DNA of 53,719 nucleotides from an uncultured bacterium (lineage in GTDB: Bacteria; Omnitrophota; Gorgyraeia; Zapsychrales; Aceulaceae): NCBI GenBank assembly GCA_937930175.1, contig CALGLP010000016.1, positions 1 through 53,719 on the forward strand, read 5' to 3'. Shown one piece after another: positions 12,301 through 24,300 of the stretch. Position 1 is the stretch's first letter. The number at the start of each line of letters is the position of its first letter. The position numbers were made by a program, and so were the translations under genes. The notes below the pieces were generated by a model. The model made no database searches. It had not been told where the DNA came from and worked only from the letters and a program-made list of their open reading frames with translations.

Positions 12301-15300
12301 GCGCCTTGTCGTTTCGTAGAAAAATCTTCGTGATTCATGTTTTGAGTAACGGTATTCGCCATGGAAACAAATTGTCCGGGTGTCACGGTCGCCACTCCGC
12401 TCCCAACAGCTAATTTCTCCAGAACATTCCCTGTTGCGCTAAAATCATTGTGGCTAACTAATTCATCTCTGGCTAAGTTTTCATTTGCAAAGACCATGGC
12501 AGCTTCAGATACCAGGGCATCCCCTGCTACCTGAGCAGCGGAAACAATATTAACAATAGTCTTATTACGCTCAGATTCGTCAACGTTTTGAAGTTGATTA
12601 TTCATATCAGCAACATTAGCACGAACCGTAAAGTAATCTTTGGCTCCTTCGTTCATGTCCAAGGTTGTGACCTTGCCCAAAGAATTCTCGATATTGACGC
12701 TGACACCGTTTTCAGCTAACACCGCGAGCAAATTCCACGCCTCTTTATCATTTCTAATCTCATGCATGGTTCTGTTTTCTAGCTTTGCCTTAACGTCATC
12801 TTTCTGCTGTTGAGAAAGATTGGCCATCCCAGCAGAACTAAAGAAACGGATTGTAGCGTTGCGACCAAGAACGGACCAGAGATTTTCTGCCTTATTGCGC
12901 GCAGCACTGCCATTAGGAATGGCAACTTCCTGCCAAATTTCATCTAACTGGGCTCTGATTTGTTGAGCGCCAAGATCTGAAGCACCAAAAACTTTTAAAA
13001 TAGGTTCCGCCAAGGCAAGAATAGGGCCACTAGCAATACCGGCAAACTGCTCACCAACTTCTTCCAGGCTTCCTTCAATCGATGTTTGCGCAAATCCAGT
13101 AATTCCCTTTTTGCTCCAGCCAAGGAATCCCTTAACCTCCGCATCCGCTCCTTTTTTAAATCCAAGAATCGCTTCACCGCCATAAGTAGCTTCCATGCCT
13201 TTACCAAAAGCACGATACCCTTTGCCAACGTTTCCTAACTTGATATTACCTAACATCTCTGTAGCCATAGGCTGCAACCCAACCAAAACAGCCGAAAAAA
13301 CAAGAGTCGTTTTATCAAATTGTTCCCATGTACGTGCCTGATGCCCAAAAGGAGTTATGAGATTTAAAGCTCCCCTTGCAATACTCCCTGTGCGCTTACC
13401 ATTATCATCCCAAATATTACCTACAAGAACCCTTCCAAGTCTTCCAAGGGCAGTATCTGAGGCAAACATTCCTTTGTTTTTCGCGTCAAGATCTCCGAAA
13501 AGGCTTCTACGGATACCAAGAGTTGTGACATTGGAAACCGCAATTTTCTTATTCTTGCCAGTTTTTGGATCAATTTCATTGAGCTCCACTTCTTTTTCAC
13601 CAAACAACGAGGAGAGATAGCCGATCTTAAATAACTGTGCCCCCGCCGCTACCGTATTGAAAAGGCCTTTAGCATTCTTGAAATCGCTGATAAGATGAAG
13701 CCCCTGAACATCATTTTCGTATTTAGCAAGAACACCTGGATTATAAAAGGCCGCGAGGGTTTGACCCCAAATAAAATTCTCTAATCCGCTGTTATGATCA
13801 TTAACCAATGATTTATTGGCTGCCCAAGAAAAAGCCTCAAGCCCGACTTTTAATGGAGCAATAACACCAAAAAGTGTTCGCGCTGTTTGCCAACCCATCT
13901 CGTTATAGGCAAATCTTAATGTTGCCTTGCCGACACCTGCAACCTGGCCTATGGCTTTTTCATATTTTGCGAGGCTTAAGCCCTTTTCTAAACCTTGAGC
14001 TGTGGCTTGCAAACCCTTGCCAAACCTTGAGGCCTCAAAGCCTTTGCCCAGCTTGGCGGTCTTTACATTGCTTAATAAACCGATAGTTGCCAAAGCCCCA
14101 CCAGCCCACATCATAGCGGTGCCGACTTTTTTCCAGCCACCCTCTCCATAATGGTTTACAACCAAGCCTCCAGCTGCTGTCCCCGCGCCGACATATACGG
14201 CCCAGTTGCGGCCATCCCTAGCAAATCGCTGACCCGATAGTTTTCCGTTTGTATACGTTCTTTTGATTGGATCAAGAAGTTTCTGCCATCCCTGCTTTGC
14301 CCCTTGCTTAACACCCACGCTCATTTCTTCGCCGGCAAAAGACTTAGATGTCACGCGGCCTAATTTCACTAAAGAATTCACTGTCAAGCCTGCTCCCAAA
14401 ATATATAGCGCCGCTTTCTGTCTATCTTTCTTATTTGAACCAAATAAATCATTCTTTGACCATTCGCCATATTCCGGCATGGCCTTAAGAATTCCTTTGC
14501 CGTCGGCGCCCGTGATAACCTTACCCGTAATCGGATCTTTTTCAAAAGGATCAATCGCTGTTCCGATGGATTCCAAGGCCCAATCAACAGCAAGTCTTTT
14601 GGTGCCGTACACAACAGCGCCTGTGGAAGCAGCATTCGTCGCACCAATCGCTGTCTTACCCGTAAACCTGACTAAATTAAACCCTTGTTTGACACCCCAC
14701 TGGCCAAACTTTCCAGCGCCTTCAGCTGTGGCTTGCAAACCTTTACCAATCTTTGTGGCCTCAAAACCTTTGCCAAGCTTTACTGCACCCAAGATGCCAG
14801 CGGCTGCCAAAGCCCCACCAGTCCACATCATAGCTGTGCCCACTGTCTTCCAATAACCTTCTCCATAACGATTGACAGCCCAGCCTCCCACCACCATCCC
14901 AGCGCCAGAACCGATAAGTATTCCTTTCCCTGCAGGTTTACCCCATTTCAAAGCATCGATTTGATTTGTTTGTATTCTTCCAATCTTTGTCTTGCCAATT
15001 TCACCAAGGCCACGCGATAAAAAGCCAAGTCCAGCGCCAGCAACAATCAGGCCTGCGTTTTCAAGCACATTACCAAAAATCTCACGCGTTATACTTGCCT
15101 GACCAAGAGTTTCTATGTTGCAGGCAAGCGATTGATTATATTCTTTAAGCTCGTGGCCAGCCCAGATCATGCCAACTCCTGCCGCGCTCAAGGTAAGCCC
15201 AGCACCTATCTTTGATCTCAGAAATCCTTGGCCAGGTCTTTTAAATGGCGCAGTCTTACCAAACTTTGTTCCCCCAACATTACCCAATCGCATCACAGCT

Positions 15301-18300
15301 GTTGCCAAAAGGACTGTGCCTCCAATAGACGCAATGCTCTTGCCAGCTTCTTTCCATTTGCCTTTTCCCCAAATCGCCATAGCGCCACCGCCGACTAATG
15401 CTGTACCACCACCAATCATGCCATATCTAGCTCCTGTCTTAGTAGCAAGGCCACCGGTAACCTTAAAAATAGCTGACATCGCAAACGAGCTGGCAGCAAT
15501 GTTAGACATTTGATTAGAAACTGATCGAAGACTATCACCGATCGTATCAAAGCTTATTGCTTGTCCACCCATAATTGGCATCATAACAGCAAGACCTGTG
15601 TTGGCGTACATAATGCCTGGCGTTGCAGTAAACATCTTTCCTGCTTGTCCAAAAAATTGACCTGTTCGCTCGATCCTTATTAATCTTTTATATGCATCTA
15701 CTTGGGCTTTTGTTGCTTTGAATCCGGGAGTCCTTTTCTCAAACTGTCTAAGCCCTGCTAGCATTTCCTTAGCAGATTGCTTAAATCCAGCACCTTTAGA
15801 AAGATTGGCTCCCTGCTGAATAGATGTAGCTTTCTTAGCTATGCCTTTGCCAATGCCTTTAAATCCTGCTGACGCACCCCACAAGCTACCTGCCAAGCTT
15901 GCTAAAGTCACTGTGAGAGGTTCTTTGTTGCCGCTGTTCGGGGATTCTCCATTAAATGCATCTTTGCCAAAAGCCAAAAAGCTTCGCAAGGTTTCTTTCA
16001 TATTCAAAACGCCATTGATCTGCGTGGCAAAAGTAGCAACACTTAAATATTCCTTGGCAAAGCTGCGGGAAAAGGCCAAGGTCACCCCTAAAACACCCAT
16101 CTGGCCTGCTCGAGAATTAAATCGGTTGTTCTCATAAACACTAAGAGCATCCAGCTGTGCGGCGCTTGGAGCATTGCTAATACCAAGATTATTGCCAATG
16201 CCCAAGATAATGCGTCCTGGTTGATATGCAATCGAACGCCACGCAGAACCTAAAAAGCTAATGTTGTATTTGCTCTCATCAACATTACCTTTGTCATCTG
16301 TAGCATTGTTAAAATTACGATAAGCGCCATAAGTGCTGCCTGCTAAAGCAGTCGCTGTTCCTGTGGCGACAATAGCTGCATTCCCCCAAGTCTTTGTTGC
16401 AAATCCATAAACGTTCTGCATAAGCTTAGGCGAGCTACTAGCAGCATAAAGAGTGGGAAGAATCAAGGCAACGCCAAGACCGTTTTCAAAAACACCTTGA
16501 TCTAAAGTTCGGTCGTTGCTGCCAAATATTATATTACCGCCATTATATACAAGCGTGCCAAGACTTGTTAACCCGCCAGCACTAAGGCTTACCCCTGCAA
16601 CGCCGATGGTGTTCAAAGTGCCCTGGGAAAGCCCTGACAGGCTTGGAACAAACTGCTTTGTAACATCACCAAACCGATTCCAAATACCTGAGCCAAATCC
16701 CTTAAATAAAGGACTAAAGATCTTTTGACCTACAACTCCTGTTACGGCGCCAACTGCCCCACCAACCCCTGCGCTTTGCACAACGCTTGAAGCTGAAACA
16801 AGAAACTTAGTTGTGCTTGACAATTCTTTTTTCCAATAAAAATTATTCTGAAGCCCATATTGGGAAGCGGCTAAAGGAGCTAGTTCTTTATCGCCAAAGA
16901 ATTCGCTATACGCTGACATGCCTGCTCCAGAGATCATGCCCATCCAAATAGGAGCTCCGCCCAACACAACGCTACCCACGATAAGAGCAGTACCCGTTAC
17001 TGCCTGTGTTGCAATCGTGATCTTCGCATTGCGTTTTTGCCATTTATAATCTAAGTTAGCAATGCTGTCCTTTACGCTAAGGAAAGAAGAAATATCATTT
17101 GTTCTTCCATCGACCACACCAAAATACGATTTATTAACGGCATCGACCATCCAGCCATATTTAGACTCGATCTTTTGTCCATATCCCTTGCCTTGCCATT
17201 GATCACTAAGACTTAAACCTCGATATATGCCTCGATGCGTCCAATCAATAAGAATAAAAGGAGCCATAACAGCCTGCGTAAGCCAAGTCTTGTCATTCAT
17301 ATTTAATCTTTGCTTCTCACCTGTGACCACCCCCCTAGTCTCAAGCATGGCATCCCTGGCGTCAGCATTATTTTTTTCTTTCACGACATAGCCCATGAGA
17401 TCAGGCACAATGCCGCCATACCAGCCCTCAACTTTTTTAAGCGTTGATGGGTCAACATAGCTTGACAAGCTGGCAGGGAACTGAATACCCACAGCCTCGC
17501 CACCACCTCCAATAGCTCGCTTAACATCTTCTTTCTTAACATCAATCACACTGCTCGTAGCCATAAAATTCTCAAAATTCAGGCCCTCGTCATATGCCTT
17601 AATTAAGGCTGTTGCTTCGCCAAAGGCTAGGATGGGAGCATTTTTGGCTTCACCTTCCATAAAAAGCTTTGGAAGATACGTGGTGTCACCGTTTGCATCT
17701 GTAACAGCAATAGATGTCTGCACGCCACGCTCAGCTAGTAAAAGACCAACACCTGACTCAAATCCTTTTTCGCCTTTTTTAACGACATTACCTTGACCAT
17801 CATCTTCAGGCATAACCAAATCCATAAAATCAGAAACCTTGTCGGCCTCTTGTGAAAATGTCGGAGAATTGACATCGAGATTGATGAGAAAATTTTTTGC
17901 TTTAACCAATTCGTCGTAGAAGACAGACAGCTCCCCTAAAGCATTCCCTTGCGGCAATACTTCAACTTTCTGAAGTATTCCTTCAGGGGAAACAGAAACG
18001 TCTAAACTGGTAGACTCTGAAGCCTTTTGCCTGCCTTGTTTTATGGCTTCCAACGATGCATCAGCCTTATCCAAAAGCCCTGCCTTGGTAACAAAAGCTT
18101 TATAAATATCTGCATTTGCCTGAGCATCGGCCTCATCGCCAAAATAAGAACTATAAGAATTGGGATCCTTTTTTGTTGCCGCAGCCACGACATCAGGAGG
18201 CAAAAAGCCTGCGTATTCAGGATGTTCAGCAAGAATCTTCTTTGTCTCTGCTTTATTATTTTCAGCTTGCTCTTTTCGGTCTTTGCTATCCGCGGAAATA

Positions 18301-21300
18301 ATTTCTTGCTTGGAAGACGCAATCGCCTCGTCATTAAACGTACCATCCTCAGCTCGTAAAACAAATTGCTTAATTGCTTTGTCCACATCAATCCAACGAT
18401 CCGGGCCAACATTGAAAGGATTTTCTAAGCTTCCGCGATCAAGTCCGACGACTTCACTAGCGTCAACAGTGCCCTTGACAATATCATCAGGGATATTTTC
18501 AATAGCTTGAGCAGTATTTAATTGTCCGTTGTTTAGGGCTCCCTCTTGGCCCCAAGCAGCAGAAAGATTTAATTGCTTTTCTCTCAACTCTTTGCGAAGC
18601 TCTTTTAAAGAGCTATAGTATTTCCATGCCCCCTCATCATTTTTGTCTTTTCCAACGAGAACCCTCGCCCTTCCATCTTTTTGGTTGATTTCAACAACCA
18701 AGTCATAAGCCAGCCCAGTTAATTTCATCTTAAGGATCTTTGCCTGTTCTCCACCTTTCGCCACAGGCTTTGCGATCTGCACTCCACCTTGGGCCTCGGC
18801 CAAAACATGTTTTGTCAAAACCCCTTCCGTGCTTAAATCAATAATGGCTGGAACAGTGCCTTCGGCGGTGACAACATCTGTTTCTGGATCAATTGTGGTT
18901 TTAATATTGACCTTATACCCTAGCTTGTATTCACCGCTAGCTTCATCAATAACCTGAGAATCATCTTGATGCATCGCATATTTCGCCAGCCAACTTAAAT
19001 CCTGAACACCGTAATGAAGAACGCGCTCGCCATTTTTTGTCGCATTAGTGCTTTGATACACAACTTGTCTTGTTTTCTTATCAGACCAATTCTTTGTATC
19101 GCGATACTCATTGATCGTCCAACCAAGGCCATCGCCAAAATAAACATCGTACTCAGGAAGCTGAAAAGCGCCTTTTTTCTGCTCACCCTTGTCTTCTTGC
19201 GCTTGATCATAAACAATTAACGTGCGTCGAGCTCCGTAGCCGATAGGCTCACTTCCGTTCTTGTGCTTATGTGTTGTCCGCGCTTCAAGAGGACCCAGGG
19301 CAAAACGTTCTTGCACCTTCAGCGCATTCGCAGCACCCAAAGACATGACGCCTTGCATGGCAAGATCATAACCGTCTTTATTGACTTTATGATTAAGGAC
19401 AATAGGGTTGTTGAGATAGAGATCAATATAATCAATCGTCTTTTCCCGCTCAATACGCATATACGGCAAGGACACGGTCGCGCCGTCCTTATCTTTAAAA
19501 ATCTTGATGTTGCCATTGCCCATGTATTCGGCCTGGGTTACATTCTTCCACATGGTTTTATCGTTACGATAACCCGACTGGACATCAACGGTCTGGGCCT
19601 TCATGATGCCGTCTTTTGTAACAAGACCTTTAAGATAAAAAACATTGTCACCTTTTGCTAAAAGGAACCGATGTCCAATCTTCTTGTCGCCATCGTCAGT
19701 CTTAATAATGGACTCTTTAGTCCACAAAACCTCTTCCCCTGTAAGTGTTGAGTTATGATCATAGATTTCTTCTGGCCCTGCGGTTGTTTTATCCGAACTA
19801 ACAATTTCCGGGATAATGCTTTTGCTGTCTGGACTTAAAACAAGACCTCGCCCAACCGTGCTGTTACCTGTCATGCCAACAATGTTGCCGCTCACCTCTG
19901 CGACATTCCACAAAACTTTATCCATCAGATCTGTCACAACTTGCCCGTCTGGGCCAATGCTTGTAACCACCGAGATTGGCATTCCCATCTCGTTTAAGGC
20001 TTGATCAAAATGCCCAGACACTTCACTGCTTTCTTCATCAACCCTATAAAAAGTATTGACCCCGATGAGCTCTGTGCGGTCAAGTTCTTGTCTTAGCTGT
20101 TCTTCTGTCAAAGGCGAGAAATCAACAACTTGTTTGTTTTTATCAAGCGTTACATTTAAAACTAATTCATTGCTGCCAACAAAGGCATTCTTGAGCTCAC
20201 TCTTTCCATAGTCAGCAATATACGAGCCCGCACCTGAAAACAGGCCTTTATCAGATATCTGGAATCCAAGGCCTTCAGGAACGGTCCCATCTCGTCTTCC
20301 AATCCAAACATCTTTGTATAAACGAAAAGCCTGATCTGTGTTACCCATTGCAAAAACAGGCAAAGCGGCTCTATCAAAAACAACGTTCTTAAAGGTATCT
20401 TCCCAAGAAATATTACCAAACGAATACTGGCCCTTCTCGTCCATCATCGACGGTGCACCTTGGGTAAACTCTAGCTCGCCGGTCAAAAGCGCAACATCCG
20501 AGCCCGAAGTCATCTGCATGCCTGTAATACGGTTGGGGGCTTCAAAGGGCTTGTCTAAATTGATCGCAATGGTGTCGGGTGAAGCTTTGACGCCGGACTC
20601 TGCAGAGGGCTCACCGACAGAAACAACCACTCTGGCGGCTTTGGGCAGATCGCCAGAATCTTGGCGCTTAGCAATTTCTTGCTTCATGCGCTCCTCTTGA
20701 TCAGGGCTTGTAACGTAACCGGTAATAATATTGGGGACATCTTCAACAGGGCCGCTGAGGTCGGGATCTGCGCTTTTCTCGCTGACAATATATCCTAAAT
20801 TTTCTGGCGCTTGCGCCGTAGAACTGGTCTTGATCGCGGGAACATCTTCAGGCGTTGGTTCTGCTGAAGTAAAGAGCGCTGTACCATAATTTGGAGAAAA
20901 CAACCAAGCGCTGGTCTTGTCCTCAATCTTTGTCGCTAGCTTTCTTGTGCCATCTGGATTTTCAACGATTGTAAACTTTTCATAGGGAATAATCTCTGTC
21001 TGATCATAATAATTGGTTTCTAAGGTTTTAAATCGATTGGTGACAACTACAGCATCATCCTTGCCAACTGTTTCGAGCGTGACCAGCAAAGGATTTGTGA
21101 TCGCCAGGGTGTATTCGTAGTCTTGATCAGGATCCTCTTCGCCTTTAGGACCGTCTATAATCTTTCCTGTTCCATCTTGGCTAAGATTTTTCGCAGCAAG
21201 AACGCTTCCCGGGGATGTGATCCCATGCAGCCTTCTTGTCCTTTCTTCACGCTTAACATCAAGCTTGCGCTCCCCAAAGCCAGTTTTGGCAGTAAACGCA

Positions 21301-24300
21301 AACGTGTCCGTGGACATCCATATTCTTTCTAAGAAACCGTTTCCGCTTCCTTTTAATACAGGCAAGGATAAAAGTCCCAAATTATTCACAAAAGCAAAAT
21401 TGGCGGGAATGCGATCCTTCACAAAGGCCTTCACCTGATAACCCCAGCTGCCATCTTTCAGGGCATAGGCGCTAAATCCAGTATCATCCGCACTGACAGT
21501 TTTTCTAAGACCGAGAACTCCTTTTTCTTTTCTGCCAAAGGACGCCTCGACATTGATCGTCCCTTGTTTCTTTCTAAGATTTTCGCTTAAGAACGAAAAT
21601 TCCGGCCGTCCCTCCACGCCTTCCATGATGCCATTGCCAAACTCATCCTGCACAGCTCTAGTATCTTCAAAATTTCCACCCTTATTGCTGTCATATGATT
21701 TCTGCAAACCCTGGAAATAGACTTCTCTATCGCCAAATTTCCCTTTATACACAAGGGTTTGCTTTTTGCCCGCCTGGCTAATTTCAACTTTATCAAGTGC
21801 AATCCTGTATAAAGATAATTTGATAGACCCATTATCAACAACAACCTGACCTTTTCTGTTGATATAGGCACCTTTCTTTTTTAAAGCCTCTTGTCCTTCT
21901 GAAGTGTTTTTATCTTTAGCCAAGACTTCAAGATCTGTACTCGCATAATAGGAGCTTCCGTAACCTAACTCACTAAAATAATCTTTTGAAAGAAAAATGG
22001 CCGGCAAGAGAACAGCGTTTTTAACGATTCCCGCTGCCAAGCCATCAATACGTGTTCCTACGGTTCCCTGGCGCTTGTCTTGGTTTTCAGTCTTGATGAT
22101 AACGCTGTCCCAAGGCGTATGAACCGCAAACATAATCCTCTGGTCGCCTACTAAAGGCCTCTCAATACTACGATAACCTAAGCCCATCAAGCTTAGGTCG
22201 TCATCCCCCTTGAGATACTCCGCAGAAGATAAGATATTTTCTGTAATCCCTCTTTTGAGCTTTAAGATCTCAAACTTCGCAAAATTCGACTCATAGGTAT
22301 TAGACTGGGCCATCGTAGAGTTGAACTCTTTACGCAACTCGGTTTCTGACTTTGGCGCGATCGATTCAGCATTTTTTCTCTTTGTTTCTTTCCATTGACT
22401 GTCATACTGCAAAACAAAATCGGTTGTAAATCCGTGCAGGGTTCCGTACTGATCAATAATGTTGTTAACATTTTGCATACCCTCGGCATAATAATTTCTT
22501 TTTCCCTGCCTATAACGAGCACCTTGTTCTTCGGGGGTGGCGCCTGTAATGTCTCCGTAGCCGCCGAGATTAATATAATCTGCATAAAAAGTGTTCAGGC
22601 GATTAGCTGTTTCGTTCGCGGCAACAGATAAAAATTCTGAGAACCAACCTCTTTCTTTCTTAAAAATAGCGCTCGTTGATGTTTCAGATTCTTTCTCAAA
22701 TGAAAAAGACGCGAGGATTCTTGGCATTTTCTTTATTTCAGAATTCGAGTCCTGATCAGGATTAGAAACGATTGAAGGAGTGTTGCCAGGAATAACCGGA
22801 TCTAAATCTACGGCTTCACGTGAAGTCTTTAAAACAACTACTGACTGCCCTGCAACATCTTGTGCTTTTTCTTTCCTAAATTGATCTGCAGCCTCTTGTT
22901 CTTTTTCTTTCCTAAGTTGTCGCAGGTTAATCGAATCCACCACTGCCGCTGAAAGGCCATCTACAACAGCGCTCACAAGCATCGCCTTGGCATAAAAATC
23001 TCGTGCTCGTGCTAAATCAAGATTGCCATCTTTCTTAAACTTCTTTTCTTCGTACTTATCAATTTTGTAGCCGATCCATGTTTTTAACGCGCCTCGGCCA
23101 ATGGTGCCTGCCAGCTTTGCCCAAGGATTTTTAAATTTAATCGCGTCGCCATTCTCATCTTGAGGCGTCCACACATCATAGGCATCTGTGTTCGTATATC
23201 CTACGCTCTGACCTTTAGTCTCAAGCCCTTTAATTTTTGTCAAATCTTTTGCCCTGGAAAAACCCTCGTGATATTTTACATGCTCATGAACAGTCGAGCC
23301 TGTAGGGTTCTCTGTGTTTATACCCTCTACTGAAAATACAGAAAATGTGCCATCCTTAACATTATCGTATTCAGCATAACCTCTTGCTGTTAAATCTCTT
23401 TCGAGACGCTTTAATTGCCTTTTATCATATCGATAGGCTTTTCTCCAGCTAATCGACTCTCCCTTACCTGTGTCTGTCCACTCTGCTTCTACAAGGTCTC
23501 CGTTCTCGTCTTTAACATAATTTCCTTTGTCGTCCTTTAAATATTTAAAATCTTCTTTTTTAGTTTCCTCTTTAAATGATTTATAACTAACTTTTAACCA
23601 TTGGTTGTCTTTGGCTTCTTTCGCTTTTTTATAGTCTTCTTTCCATTCAGGATTGTACCATCTGCCATTTTTATAAGCTTTGACAGTTTTTTCCTTCATT
23701 TCATCATCGCCTTCGCCATACTTAAATCGATTCTTGGTAATGCGTCTGCCTTTTGCGTCATACAATCTTGCGCGATCAGGAGAAAGCAGATCTTCCCAAA
23801 CGACCTGAGCTACAAGATTTCCTGTTTCAATTACAGTTTGGACAAATAAACTATTTGTATCGAGACCGTTCTTCTTGGCAATCTTTTCCGCAATCATGCC
23901 CAAGCCTGTGCCCACGACCTGAACTCTTGCCTGTCGCCACGAAGCCAGAAGAACTTCAACAAACTTCTCATCTAAAGAAAAAGTAACAACAGGTTTCCCC
24001 TGCTCTTTGACAACCTCACCATTCTCTGTCTTTAATTTGTCCTTTAATCCAAAACCAATATCGAGCTCTGCACCCTCTAGCCAATCGCCAAAGGTGGTTG
24101 ACGCATGAGAACCTTTAAAAGCAACATTAATCCCTTTTCCAGCAAGGCGAAGCGCCTCCTCAGCGACACTCGCTGTTGCGATCGTCACAAGGCTTTCAGC
24201 CAACGAAGTCGTCACTGCCGTTACGGCTTCCTTTAAGACTTCACTTTTAATGCCAAGATCCTCAATGGTTCTTGCAACCAAAATATTTACTTTCTGCCTG

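Noticed and set aside
14263-14856. Plus-strand ORFs of 110-197 aa lie inside the giant gene (for example 14263-14856, 4605-5183, 10870-11424, 5922-6314, 19263-19661).
   Set aside because: They are antisense to the continuous minus-strand ORF, have low-complexity or Pro/Ser/Leu-rich translations, and lack Shine-Dalgarno sites. They are typical shadow ORFs.
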